Notes: a model not told the origin generated them from the letters alone. A stretch of DNA of 64,000 nt from Alcaligenaceae bacterium (GCA_029263795.1 JAJUFI010000002.1:454-64453), one strand, 5' to 3'; positions 50,767 through 60,448 are shown, counted from the stretch's first letter. Program-made: numbers and translations.

Positions 50767-51701
50767 GCCGTGTTGCACAGCAGGGCCCCGCGGTGGCAGC
50801 TCTTGAAGAGAGTACCGCACGCCTGGAAACCAGCCGCTGGCGCCGCTTTGTTGCGCAGTTCGCCAGCAGCAAGGCGGCCATGGTGTCGCTCCTGGTGCTG
50901 CTGGTGGCGATCGGCGCTGCGGTGCTGGCTCCGTGGATCTCGCCCCAGAACCCCTATGACCTGGCCGCGCTCGACATACTCGACGCCAAGCTGCCGCCGG
51001 GCAGCAAGAATTTCGACGGGAGCCTCACCTACTGGCTGGGTACGGACGGCCAGGCCCGTGACGTTCTCTCGGCCATTCTGTATGGTATGCGAACCAGTCT
51101 TTTCGTGGGCTTTGTCTCGGTCACCGCAGCGTTCCTGATCGGCGCGGCGGTCGGTCTGATTGCCGCCTATTTCGGTGGCCGCATGGACGCCTTCCTGATG
51201 AGGCTGGTCGACATGCAGCTGTCCTTTCCATCCATACTGGTCGCACTGGTTCTGCTGGCGGCGCTCGGCAAGGGGGTGGACAAGGTCATCATCGCGCTGA
51301 TCGTCGTGCAGTGGGCATACTTTGCGCGGGCGGCACGGGCTGCCGCCATCGTGGAACGCAACAAGGAATACGTGGAGGCCGCAAGCTGCATGGCCCTCAG
51401 CTGGCACCGCATTCTGTGGCGCCATGTATTTCCCAATTGCATACCGCCGTTGATGGTCATCGCCACCATAGATCTGGCTCATGCCATCGCGCTGGAGGCC
51501 ACTCTGTCATTTCTGGGAGTGGGGGTTCCCGTTACCGAACCCTCCCTCGGCATGCTGATTTCCAATGGTTTCGAGTTCCTGCTTTCGGGCACCTACTGGA
51601 TATGCTTCTTCCCCGGCATTGCCCTGGCCGTTGTGGTGGTATCCATCAACCTGGTTGGAGACCACCTGCGGGACATCCTCAACCCGCGCAACGAGGTCTG
51701 A
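50763..51701 (+). CDS. ABC transporter permease (DppC/OppC-like)
   Basis: 312 aa; polytopic; start overlaps previous stop. Confidence 0.85.
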   Translation: MSRVAQQGPAVAALEESTARLETSRWRRFVAQFASSKAAMVSLLVLLVAIGAAVLAPWISPQNPYDLAALDILDAKLPPGSKNFDGSLTYWLGTDGQARDVLSAILYGMRTSLFVGFVSVTAAFLIGAAVGLIAAYFGGRMDAFLMRLVDMQLSFPSILVALVLLAALGKGVDKVIIALIVVQWAYFARAARAAAIVERNKEYVEAASCMALSWHRILWRHVFPNCIPPLMVIATIDLAHAIALEATLSFLGVGVPVTEPSLGMLISNGFEFLLSGTYWICFFPGIALAVVVVSINLVGDHLRDILNPRNEV

Positions 51702-51704
51702 GCA

Positions 51705-52703
51705 ATGGCGAAACAGAGCGACATGAACGGGAACAACGATCTGCTGCTGGACGTCCAGGGCCTGAAGACCTGGTTCTACACCCGCGATGGTGTGGTGAAG
51801 GCGGTGGATGGCGTTTCCCTGCAACTGAAGCGCGGCGAGATTCTAGGCCTGGTGGGGGAATCGGGCTCAGGCAAGAGTGTGACCGGTTTTTCAATCATGG
51901 GTCTGGTGGGTGAACGCGGCAAAGTACATGCCGAACGCATGATGTTCGATGGCTACGACCTCACCAAGGTGTCTGCCGCGCAGATGCGCAGCTTGCGCGG
52001 CAGCCGCCTGGCCATGATCTTCCAGGACCCCATGATGACGCTGAACCCCACCTTGCGCATCGATACGCAAATGATGGAGGCAGTGCACGCCCACGAGAAA
52101 GTGTCTCGCCGCGCCGCGCGCGAACGCTCGCTGGAAGTGCTGCGCATGGTGGGTATTCCGGCACCAGAGGCCCGTCTCAAGGCCTACCCGCACCACCTTT
52201 CGGGGGGAATGCGGCAGCGCATTGCGATTGCCATTGCGCTGCTGAATGCCCCCAAGCTCATCATCGCTGATGAACCGACCACCGCACTGGACGTCACCAT
52301 CCAGGGGCAAATTCTCTACGAAGTTCAGAAGCTCTGCCGCGAGATGGGTACAGCGCTGATCTGGATCACGCATGACCTTGCCCTGGTATCCGGTCTGGCG
52401 GACCGCATGGCGGTCATGTACGCCGGCCACATCGTTGAGTCAACCTCCACCGCAGAGCTCATCGAGCGGCCCATGCACCCATACACGCATGGGCTGATGT
52501 CCTCCATCCCATCGCTGGGCACACGCGGTCAGCCCCTTTTCCAGATTCCGGGGTCCACTCCTTCGCTGCTGCACCTTCCCCCGGGTTGTGCCTTCCGTAC
52601 GCGTTGCTACCGGGCGGATGCGCAATGTGAGCATGCACCGTCCCTGCTGCCTGTAGGGGACGACCATCTGGTGAGCTGCTGGCATAGCGGAGAGAAATCA
52701 TGA
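51705..52703 (+). CDS. ABC transporter ATP-binding protein (DppD/OppD-like)
   Basis: Walker [10 protein letters not shown], signature [12 protein letters not shown], Walker [12 protein letters not shown]; C-terminal oligopeptide-type extension. Confidence 0.9.
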   Translation: MAKQSDMNGNNDLLLDVQGLKTWFYTRDGVVKAVDGVSLQLKRGEILGLVGESGSGKSVTGFSIMGLVGERGKVHAERMMFDGYDLTKVSAAQMRSLRGSRLAMIFQDPMMTLNPTLRIDTQMMEAVHAHEKVSRRAARERSLEVLRMVGIPAPEARLKAYPHHLSGGMRQRIAIAIALLNAPKLIIADEPTTALDVTIQGQILYEVQKLCREMGTALIWITHDLALVSGLADRMAVMYAGHIVESTSTAELIERPMHPYTHGLMSSIPSLGTRGQPLFQIPGSTPSLLHLPPGCAFRTRCYRADAQCEHAPSLLPVGDDHLVSCWHSGEKS

Positions 52704-53779
52704 GCGCGGAACTGATCATGCAGGTGCAAGGCTTGCGGCGCGATTACGTTCAGCCATCGGATTTCATCGATTTCATCGGCCGCAAGCTGCGCGGCCAGGG
52801 AAAGCCGCCTCCGGTTCAGGCCGTCATGGGTGTGGATCTCGACATCCGCCATAGCGAGGTGCTGGCGGTTGTGGGGGAATCGGGCTGCGGCAAAACCACA
52901 CTGGGCCGGATGCTGACCGGCATCATTCCGCCCACCGCGGGCCGTGTGCTCTACAAAGGTCGCGACATAGCCGGGCTGACAGGTGCTGCAAGGCGGGAAT
53001 ACGACCTTGCCGTTCAGATGATCTTCCAGGATCCTTACTCCTCGCTCAACCCGCGCATGCGGGTGGGCGACATCATTGGCGAGGCACCGGTGGTGCACGG
53101 GCTCGTCAGCCGGGCCGAGCGCGACGAATACGTCTGCTCCCTGTTGCGCAAGGTGGGCCTGGACCCAGGCTACCGGGAACGCTATCCGCATCAGTTCTCC
53201 GGCGGACAGCGTCAGCGCGTGGGGGTGGCGCGCGCGCTGGCACTGAAGCCGTCCATCATCGTCTGTGACGAAGCTGTTGCTGCCCTGGATGTCTCCATCC
53301 AGGCGCAGGTCCTCAACCTGTTCATGGATCTGCGGCGCGATTTCGATCTCACCTATGTGTTCATCAGCCACAACCTGGGCGTGGTAAGTCACATTTCCGA
53401 CCGGGTTGCCATCGTGTATCTGGGCAGGTTGGTGGAGCTGGCCGATACGGAGGAAATCTTCGCCAGGGCCAATCACCCCTACACGCAGGCGCTGCTCAAG
53501 GAACTCCCCGTGCTCTCCGCGGGCAAGCGTCGCTTCGACCCAATTTCAGGCGAACTGCCATCACCTGCCAACCCGCCGTCCGGCTGCGCCTTCCATCCAC
53601 GCTGCCCGCTCGCCATGGCAAAATGCCGGGAGGAACGTCCGGTGTTGCAGGAGGTGGCACCGCAGCACTGGAGTGCCTGCCACCTCAATGATGTGTCCGG
53701 AGCGGCGGGGGCCGCGGGCCCAGGCACACCGGTCGCTGACAGGCATTTGCACAATGCCCCTCAAACGGAGACCGCCTGA
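52700..53779 (+). CDS. ABC transporter ATP-binding protein (DppF/OppF-like)
   Basis: Walker A GESGCGKTT, signature FSGGQRQRVGVARAL, Walker B IVCDEAVAALD. Confidence 0.9.
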   Translation: MSAELIMQVQGLRRDYVQPSDFIDFIGRKLRGQGKPPPVQAVMGVDLDIRHSEVLAVVGESGCGKTTLGRMLTGIIPPTAGRVLYKGRDIAGLTGAARREYDLAVQMIFQDPYSSLNPRMRVGDIIGEAPVVHGLVSRAERDEYVCSLLRKVGLDPGYRERYPHQFSGGQRQRVGVARALALKPSIIVCDEAVAALDVSIQAQVLNLFMDLRRDFDLTYVFISHNLGVVSHISDRVAIVYLGRLVELADTEEIFARANHPYTQALLKELPVLSAGKRRFDPISGELPSPANPPSGCAFHPRCPLAMAKCREERPVLQEVAPQHWSACHLNDVSGAAGAAGPGTPVADRHLHNAPQTETA

Positions 53780-54640
53780 ATGAAATTCGCCGATTCGGAG
53801 TTCGAGCCTTACCGACTGCAGTTGCCGGAAACAGACCCCATCCCGCTGGTTTGTGACTCTCCCCACAGCGGTAGCACCTATCCTCAGGATTTCGATACCA
53901 TTCTGCCGGTATCTGTGCTGCGTGTGGCCGAAGATGCCTACGTTGACGAACTCTGGGAGGCAGTACCGCGGCACGGCGGCACCCTGCTGAGCGCTGAATT
54001 CCCGCGCAGCTATATCGATGTCAACCGTGAACTGGATGACATCGACCCGAACATTCTGGCCGAGCCCTGGACCTGCGGCGTGCGTCCCACGGAAAAATCG
54101 CGACTGGGGTACGGGCTGTTCTGGCACAGCCTGGACGGCCACCCCATGTACGACCGCAAGTTGTGGGTGGGCGAACTCGAGAACCGCATCAGCACTTACT
54201 ACGAGCCATATCACCAGGCCCTGTGGAAACAGATAGAGGAAGCAATGGAGCGTTTCGGCATGGTGTGGCATTTGAACCTGCACTCGATGCCGTCGAATTC
54301 CTATGCGCTCATGAAACAGGGCGGCGACCGGCAGCTGGCGGATTTCGTGCTCGGTGACCGGGACGGCACTACCTGCGACCCCACTTTGATCGGGATCATC
54401 GAAGACTATCTGGTCGCTTGCGGCTACAGCGTGGCGCGCAACGACCCATTCAAGGGGGTCGCCCTGATCGCCCAAGTGGGGCAGCCGGCCGAACGCCGTC
54501 ACAGCCTGCAGATTGAAATCAACCGTCGGCTGTACATGAACGAATCCTCATTTGAAAAAACCGATGGTTTCACCCGCCTGCAGCATGACCTTGACGGCTT
54601 GCTGGCTCATCTGCGCGAGTTCATTCGCGGCCTGATGTAG
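53780..54640 (+). CDS. N-formylglutamate-amidohydrolase-family (FGase) hydrolase
   Basis: 286 aa; motifs CDSPHSGS, RSYIDVNR, NLHSMPS, DPFKG, LQIEINRRLY; ATG directly abuts the dppF-like stop (TGAATG). Confidence 0.75.
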   Translation: MKFADSEFEPYRLQLPETDPIPLVCDSPHSGSTYPQDFDTILPVSVLRVAEDAYVDELWEAVPRHGGTLLSAEFPRSYIDVNRELDDIDPNILAEPWTCGVRPTEKSRLGYGLFWHSLDGHPMYDRKLWVGELENRISTYYEPYHQALWKQIEEAMERFGMVWHLNLHSMPSNSYALMKQGGDRQLADFVLGDRDGTTCDPTLIGIIEDYLVACGYSVARNDPFKGVALIAQVGQPAERRHSLQIEINRRLYMNESSFEKTDGFTRLQHDLDGLLAHLREFIRGLM

Positions 54641-55526
54641 CCGCTTCGGGCTGTACATAGGCACCACTGCGGTGGAGTTGTTCCTCGGCCTGGCCAAGAG
54701 CCTGTATGGCGTACTGGCCGGCCTTGCCAAGCAACTGGCTGGCCAGTGTTTCCACCAGCGCCAGGGCTGCGGCTGAAGACGGAAAAAAGCCCGCGGTCTC
54801 AGTGGAAAACAGCAAGGTGGTTTCCGCATGCCGCGCCAGGGGAGCCAGTTTGCTGTCGCACAGCGCGACGATTCTGCAACCGCGTTCACTTGCTGCTTCC
54901 GCGACCCGCAATCCCTCACGGGAATAGGGCGCAAACCCGATGATGACGACGGCATCGCCCGGTTCAAGCGCCCGCAATTCCATTTCAAGCAGCCCGACAT
55001 CACCGCGCAACAGGCTGACTGAATTGCGGAACAACCGGTACAGGTAATGCAGGGTGTAGGCGGCTGCGTAAGAGGCGCGGAAACCGGCGACGTGGACGTG
55101 CCGGGCCCGTTGCAGGATCTTGACCGCCTCTGCGAGCGCCTCGCCGTTCTGAGCCTCCAGGAACTGAAGGTTGGCGATGTGAGCCGCCATATGCCGGTGC
55201 AGGGCGTTGCGGCTGTTGCGGCGGCGCACGACATTCCGGGCCTGTTCAGCATAAGGCTTCGGCTGCTGCTGCAGACCGCGAATGAATACCTGCCGCAGCT
55301 CTTCCCAGCCCTGATATCCCAAAGATTTCACCAGCCGCACCAATGTTGCGGGCTGCACTCCGGCCTCCGCCGCAATGCTGCGCATGGATTGCACCGGCAC
55401 CTGATCGGGGTGATCAATGAGGTGGCGCGCACCAACCTGAAACTGGGGGCTCATGCCGGGGTAGCGGTCCCGCATCAACCCAACGAGTTCCTGAAAGCTG
55501 TACGGGGGTTGTGGCTTCTTTGCCAT
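54621..55526 (-). CDS. MurR/RpiR-family transcriptional regulator (HTH plus SIS domain)
   Basis: Start ATG 55526 (MAKKPQPPYSFQEL...); HTH SMRSIAAEAGVQPATLVRLVKSLGY; 3' end overlaps FGase gene by 20 nt (convergent). Confidence 0.75.
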   Translation of the reverse strand: MAKKPQPPYSFQELVGLMRDRYPGMSPQFQVGARHLIDHPDQVPVQSMRSIAAEAGVQPATLVRLVKSLGYQGWEELRQVFIRGLQQQPKPYAEQARNVVRRRNSRNALHRHMAAHIANLQFLEAQNGEALAEAVKILQRARHVHVAGFRASYAAAYTLHYLYRLFRNSVSLLRGDVGLLEMELRALEPGDAVVIIGFAPYSREGLRVAEAASERGCRIVALCDSKLAPLARHAETTLLFSTETAGFFPSSAAALALVETLASQLLGKAGQYAIQALGQAEEQLHRSGAYVQPEAATSGRE

Positions 55527-55629
55527 GGTTTGCAGGGGAAAAGGGTTGAGGATAACGGATGCGCTTGCTTCGGGTGTTGCAACAGTATAGATTAATGAAA
55601 CGTTTGTTGAATCCTCTACGGTAGATTCC

Positions 55630-56955
55630 ATGACCCACGTTTTTCACCGCAACCCCAAACAGACTCTTGAATTCGCCGTGCGAGGAGAAGGCATTCGCCT
55701 GTTTGACCAGCACGGCCGTGACTATATCGATGCCTCCGGTGGGGCCGCTGTCTCCTGCCTGGGACACGGCCACCCAGACGTCATCCAGGCCATCAAGAAA
55801 CAGCTGGATGAAGTGGCGTATGCCCACTCATCCTTCTTCACCACGCGCGCCTGCGAAGAATTGGCAGATTTTCTGGCCGAGCGGGCACCTGGGGATCTGA
55901 ACCATATCTATTTTGTTTCGGGTGGTTCGGAAGCGGTGGAAGCGGCTCTGAAGCTGGCCCGCCAATACTTCGTGGAAAAGGGACAGCCGTCGCGCCGTCA
56001 CTTCATCGCACGGCGTCAGAGCTATCACGGCAACACCCTGGGGGCTCTGGCCATAGGTGGCAACGTATGGCGGCGAGAACCATTCCTGCCCCTGCTCGTA
56101 CCGGCCCATCACGTATCACCGTGCTATGCCTACCGTGACCAGCGGGCGGACGAATCCCCCGAGCAGTACGCGCAGCGCTTGGCAGACGAACTGGATGCCA
56201 AGCTCCGCGAGCTGGGTGCGGAAAACGTTGCCGCCTTCGTGGCCGAAACCGTGGTTGGCGCTACGGCGGGTGTGCTGCCCCCGGTGGGTGGTTACCTGAA
56301 ACGGATCAGGGAAGTCTGCGACCGCCATGGTGTGTTGCTCATTCTCGATGAAGTGATGTCCGGAATGGGTCGCACCGGTCACCTGTTCGCCTGCGCGGAG
56401 GACGGTGTCGTTCCCGACATCGTCACCATTGCCAAGGGCCTGGGCGCGGGCTATCAGCCGATTGGTGCCATGGTGGCCAGCAGCCGCATCTATGACACCA
56501 TTGTTGCCGGCAGCGGTTTCTTCCAGCATGGTCATACCTACATGGGTCACGCGACGGCCTGCGCAGCGGCACTGGCAGTGCAGCGGGTCATCGAGCGCGA
56601 CGGCTTGCTCGCGAATGTTCTTGCGCGGGGGGAACAGCTGCGCGCCAGCCTCAGGCGTGAACTGGGCGAGCATCCCAATGTGGGCGATATCCGCGGCCGC
56701 GGTCTGTTCGTGGGTGTGGAGTTCGTAGCCAACCGTGCAAGCAAGGCGACGCTGGACCCTGCACGCCGCACTCATGTGTTGTTGAAGAAAACAGCCATGG
56801 AAAACGGCCTGATGATCTATCCATCGGGAGGTACGGCCGATGGTGCTCATGGCGACCACGTCCTGCTGGCCCCGCCCTTCATCTGCACGGAGGAGGACAT
56901 CGAGGAAATCGTCGCCAAATTCTGCAGGACGGTGAACAGCGTTCTGCCGGGTTGA
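55630..56955 (+). CDS. class-III (omega-type) PLP aminotransferase
   Basis: 441 aa; AVSCLGHGHP, DEVMSGMGRTG, TIAKGLGAGYQPIGA (PLP lysine region). Confidence 0.85.
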   Translation: MTHVFHRNPKQTLEFAVRGEGIRLFDQHGRDYIDASGGAAVSCLGHGHPDVIQAIKKQLDEVAYAHSSFFTTRACEELADFLAERAPGDLNHIYFVSGGSEAVEAALKLARQYFVEKGQPSRRHFIARRQSYHGNTLGALAIGGNVWRREPFLPLLVPAHHVSPCYAYRDQRADESPEQYAQRLADELDAKLRELGAENVAAFVAETVVGATAGVLPPVGGYLKRIREVCDRHGVLLILDEVMSGMGRTGHLFACAEDGVVPDIVTIAKGLGAGYQPIGAMVASSRIYDTIVAGSGFFQHGHTYMGHATACAAALAVQRVIERDGLLANVLARGEQLRASLRRELGEHPNVGDIRGRGLFVGVEFVANRASKATLDPARRTHVLLKKTAMENGLMIYPSGGTADGAHGDHVLLAPPFICTEEDIEEIVAKFCRTVNSVLPG

Positions 56956-56965
56956 TTGGTTGGTT

Positions 56966-57373
56966 CTAGCCAGGCAATTCGTACCAGACGGTCACATTGC
57001 TTCTTATGAAAACCGGCTTCGGGCTGCCCCGCCAGGCCCGGGGCCGGTGCACCATGAGCATGGGCTGGTCTGCGGCCAGCCCCGAGAAAGCCGCGCTGTT
57101 TACAGAAGCCCCGGTGAATTCAACGCATTGCGCGGTGCCGTTCCAGCAAAGAAATGACTGAATGTCGGCGTTGCCGGCATATTGGCGGTCTGCCTGGACC
57201 CTGGTGATGCGCGCTCCGCGAGGCACATTCTTCGCTGCGGAATGAACCACTTCCACGTTGCGGCCAAGGGCATACAAGCCAGGGCTTGTCTGGGCTTGTG
57301 TCCAGGCCTGTATGCCGGACTGGGCAGCGACATGAGGGGCCCCCCAGGCGGAAAGCACGGCAGCCATAAACAT
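56966..57373 (-). CDS. small secreted protein resembling flagellar protein FlhE (orphan)
   Basis: Start ATG 57373 (MFMAAVLSAWGAPHVAAQ signal peptide; the longer 210-aa ORF would overlap the adenosyltransferase gene). Similarity to enterobacterial FlhE judged from memory: C-x(n)-C pair LCWNGTAQCVEF and C-terminal RSNVTVWY. Confidence 0.45.
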   Translation of the reverse strand: MFMAAVLSAWGAPHVAAQSGIQAWTQAQTSPGLYALGRNVEVVHSAAKNVPRGARITRVQADRQYAGNADIQSFLCWNGTAQCVEFTGASVNSAAFSGLAADQPMLMVHRPRAWRGSPKPVFIRSNVTVWYELPG

Positions 57374-57515
57374 GCCGGCCAATGTGCGCGTGTGTGCAGG
57401 GGCCGTGCAACTGAACCGGCCAATGCGTTCAAACCGACCACGACGTTCAGATTCAACCTTGTCCGTATGCAACGCCAGGCCGGGGCGCCAACCATGCCCA
57501 GCGCGGCGCTTACCT

Positions 57516-58094
57516 TCAAGCTTGCGGCCGGACATCTTCACGCTGCCATAACACGTCGGCCTCGCCTTGCTGGCGGTTGATGGCGCGAGCCAGCACAAAG
57601 CAGAGGTCGGAGAGTCGGTTCAAGTATTGCCTAACATGGCTGTCGGCAGCAGCCCCTTCGTTTTCAACGGCCAGTAACTCCAGCGCGACCACGCTGCGCT
57701 CGGCACGGCGGCAGACACTGCGCGCCACGTGAGCCAGAGCGGCGGCCCGGCTGCCACCTGGCAGAATGAATTCCTGCAACTTGCCCAGTTCGGCGTTGTA
57801 GTGCGCAATTGCGGCGTCCAGCCCAGCAACGTGTTCCGGCTTCACGGCCTTGTGGCCGGGAATGCAGAGTTCGGCACCCAGGTCGAAGAGTTTATTCTGG
57901 ACTCTGGCGAGCAGGCCGTCGATGTCTCCGGGAAGTGTTTCGGTGCGCAGCAGCCCGATGAAGCTGTTGAGTTCGTCGACATCTCCCATGGCGGCGATTC
58001 GGGCATCGCTCTTGGAAACCCGGGTGCCGTCGCCCAAGCCGGTGGTGCCATCGTCACCGCCGCGGGTGGTGATGACGGAGAGTCTTGTAGCCAT
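57516..58094 (-). CDS. ATP:cob(I)alamin adenosyltransferase, PduO type
   Basis: 192 aa; TRGGDDGTTGL, DELNSFIG, FILPGG motifs. Confidence 0.85.
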   Translation of the reverse strand: MATRLSVITTRGGDDGTTGLGDGTRVSKSDARIAAMGDVDELNSFIGLLRTETLPGDIDGLLARVQNKLFDLGAELCIPGHKAVKPEHVAGLDAAIAHYNAELGKLQEFILPGGSRAAALAHVARSVCRRAERSVVALELLAVENEGAAADSHVRQYLNRLSDLCFVLARAINRQQGEADVLWQREDVRPQA

Positions 58095-58149
58095 GATGGG
58101 GTCGCCGCCAAACGCGGTATGCTAGAAACTACTAACGGGAGATTATCGC

Positions 58150-58449
58150 ATGTTCAGTTCACCAAGCATCCGGTCCGCCGTGGCGGCCGCCCTGGCCGTG
58201 ACGGCATGCTACAGCATTCCTGCACAAGCTCAGGAAGGCAGCGGTTCCGGCGAGGTCCGCCGCATCGACGCAGCGGCGGGGAAGGTCACGATCAAGCATG
58301 GGCCCATCGATGCACTTCAGCTGCCGGCCATGACACTGGTGTATCAGGTTGATCAGACCCTGCTCACCGGCCTGCAGCCGGGCGACAAGATCAAGTTCAA
58401 GGCACGGCGCGTCAACGGCCAGTACGTCGTGGTGGAAATTTCGAAGTAG
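58150..58449 (+). CDS. CusF/SilF-like periplasmic small metal-binding-fold protein
   Basis: 99 aa; signal peptide; GKVTIKHGPIDALQLPAMTLVY aligns with CusF ITIHHDPIAAVNWPEMTMRF (His and first Met kept; Trp and second Met replaced). Confidence 0.6.
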   Translation: MFSSPSIRSAVAAALAVTACYSIPAQAQEGSGSGEVRRIDAAAGKVTIKHGPIDALQLPAMTLVYQVDQTLLTGLQPGDKIKFKARRVNGQYVVVEISK

Positions 58450-58456
58450 CGGGGCA

Positions 58457-58486
58457 TGAGGGCGGGCCGCCAGGTGGCCGCCCTCA
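58457..58486. terminator. GC-rich hairpin between convergent cusF-like and hslU genes (no U-tract)
   Basis: TGAGGGCGG(G)CC / GGCCGCCCTCA, 11 bp with one bulge, 7-nt loop. Confidence 0.4.
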
Positions 58487-58496
58487 CGTGTGCCTG

Positions 58497-59828
58497 CTAC
58501 AGCACGTAGCGGGCGAGGTCTTCGCTTGCCGCCGTTTCCTGGAGCTTTTCCTCCACATAGGCGGCGTCAACCTTGACGGTGCTGCCACTGTGAGCCGTGG
58601 CGTCGAAGGCAAGGTCTTCGAGCAGTTTTTCCATCACGGTGTAGAGTCGCCGTGCACCGATGTTCTCCGTGCGTTCGTTCACTGAGTAAGCCAGCTCGGC
58701 GAGGCGGCGGATACCGTCTTCGGTGAATTCCAGATTCACGTCCTCGGTCGCCATCAGCGCATGATATTGCTTGGTCAGCGAGGCATCGGTATCGCACAGA
58801 ATGCGGACGAAATCATCGGCCGTGAGCGAATCCAGCTCCACGCGGATGGGGAAGCGGCCCTGCAGTTCGGGGATCAGGTCGGATGGGCGCGACAGGTGGA
58901 AGGCACCGGAAGCGATGAACAGGATGTGGTCGGTGCGCACTACACCATACTTGGTGTTGACCGTGGTCCCTTCTACCAGGGGAAGCAGGTCGCGCTGCAC
59001 ACCCTGACGGGAAACATCGCCACCACCATGTTCCTGGCGGGCAGTGATCTTGTCGATTTCGTCCAGGAAGACAATTCCATTCTGCTCCGCATTGGCGATG
59101 GCCTCGGCGCGCAGCTCTTCTTCATTGACGCGCTTGGCCGCCTCTTCTTCGGTGAGCAGGCGGAATGCTTCCTTGACGGACATCTTGCGCTGTTTCTTCT
59201 TGTCGCGGCCCAGGCCGGCGAACATGCTGCGCAGTTGTTCGGTCATTTCCTCCATTCCGGGAGGCGCCATGATTTCCATCTGCGGCATGGTCTGGGCGAC
59301 TTCTATCTCGATCTGCATGTCGTCCAGCTTGCCCTCGCGCAGGCGCTTGCGGAAAGTCTGGCGGGCGCTGTTTTCTTCGCGATCCGGCTCTCCCATGGCA
59401 TTGCGGGCAGGGGGAACCAGTACATCGAGGATGCGGTCTTCGGCGGCATCTTCGGCCAAAGTGCGCACACGGCGCATGGCGGCTTCACGCGTCAGCTTGA
59501 CTGAAGCGTCGACAAGGTCGCGGATGATGGTTTCAACATCGCGGCCCACGTAGCCGACTTCCGTGAACTTTGTGGCTTCAACCTTGATGAAGGGCGCGTT
59601 GGCCAGCTTCGCCAGCCGGCGGGCGATCTCGGTCTTGCCGACCCCGGTAGGCCCGATCATGAGGATGTTCTTGGGAACGATTTCGTGGCGCAGCGGCTCG
59701 GGCACCTGCTGACGGCGCCAGCGATTGCGCAGCGCGACAGCCACGGAACGCTTGGCTTGCTGCTGCCCGACGATATGCTTGTCGAGTTCGGAGACGATTT
59801 CTCCGGGAGTCATGTTGATGGCGGACAT
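58497..59828 (-). CDS. hslU: ATP-dependent protease ATPase subunit HslU
   Basis: 443 aa; [17 protein letters not shown], Walker [16 protein letters not shown], Walker B FLDEIDKI. Confidence 0.95.
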   Translation of the reverse strand: MSAINMTPGEIVSELDKHIVGQQQAKRSVAVALRNRWRRQQVPEPLRHEIVPKNILMIGPTGVGKTEIARRLAKLANAPFIKVEATKFTEVGYVGRDVETIIRDLVDASVKLTREAAMRRVRTLAEDAAEDRILDVLVPPARNAMGEPDREENSARQTFRKRLREGKLDDMQIEIEVAQTMPQMEIMAPPGMEEMTEQLRSMFAGLGRDKKKQRKMSVKEAFRLLTEEEAAKRVNEEELRAEAIANAEQNGIVFLDEIDKITARQEHGGGDVSRQGVQRDLLPLVEGTTVNTKYGVVRTDHILFIASGAFHLSRPSDLIPELQGRFPIRVELDSLTADDFVRILCDTDASLTKQYHALMATEDVNLEFTEDGIRRLAELAYSVNERTENIGARRLYTVMEKLLEDLAFDATAHSGSTVKVDAAYVEEKLQETAASEDLARYVL

Positions 59829-59863
59829 GGCGGTATTCGTGACAGTGGAACCAATGTCGACCC

Positions 59864-60397
59864 TTACAGGGTTTCGACGACGTGGTTCTGGTTGGTGTAG
59901 ATGCAGAGGTCGCCGGCAATGGCCAGGGATTTGCGCACGATTTCTTCAGGGGCGAGGTCAGTGTTCTGAACCAGGGCCAGGGCAGCGGAATGTGCATAAG
60001 CACCACCGGATCCGATGGCCGCTATGCCGTGTTCGGGCTCCAGAACGTCGCCATTGCCCGTGAGCACCAGCGTGTGTTCTTTGTCAGCCACGATGAGCAT
60101 GGCTTCCAGGCGACGCAATACGCGGTCGGTACGCCAGTCTTTGGTGAGTTCGACGGCCGCGCGCATCAGATTGCCCTGGTGTTTTTCGAGCTTGGCTTCG
60201 AAGCGTTCCTGCAGTGTGAAGGCATCGGCAGTGGCACCGGCAAAGCCGGCCAGGATGCGATCCTGATAGAGACGGCGGATCTTGCGGGCCGTGCCCTTTA
60301 TGACAATATTGCCCAGCGTGACCTGGCCATCGCCGCCCAGTGCGACCTTGTCGCCACGGCGAACGCAAAGAATGGTGGTAGCGTGAAATTGTTCCAT
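59864..60397 (-). CDS. hslV: ATP-dependent protease peptidase subunit HslV
   Basis: 177 aa; N-terminal TTILCVRR (catalytic Thr after Met removal), GSGGAYA. Confidence 0.95.
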   Translation of the reverse strand: MEQFHATTILCVRRGDKVALGGDGQVTLGNIVIKGTARKIRRLYQDRILAGFAGATADAFTLQERFEAKLEKHQGNLMRAAVELTKDWRTDRVLRRLEAMLIVADKEHTLVLTGNGDVLEPEHGIAAIGSGGAYAHSAALALVQNTDLAPEEIVRKSLAIAGDLCIYTNQNHVVETL

Positions 60398-60420
60398 GGA
60401 ATCTTCCTGTTGAAGCCTTC

Positions 60421-60448
60421 ACATGGGGATGCCCGCCGCTTTTTCAAG
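60421..60448 (-). promoter_or_regulatory. sigma-32 (heat-shock) type promoter of hslVU
   Basis: Minus strand reads CTTGAAA (60448-60442), 13 nt, CCCCATGT (60428-60421), matching the consensus CTTGAAA-N13/14-CCCCATNT; 24 nt upstream of the hslV ATG, with AGGAAG RBS in between. Confidence 0.7.

Noticed and set aside
56966-57598. N-terminally extended ORF calls from the track: 210-aa version of the FlhE-like gene, 48138 start of the SBP, 18577 start of the LivF-like gene, 19409 start of the PaaK-like gene, 11387 start of gdh, 33745 start of galU, 55631 start of rpiR.
   Set aside because: The extensions overlap upstream genes, terminators or hairpins, and lack family-typical N-termini. Internal ATGs give canonical N-termini or signal peptides.
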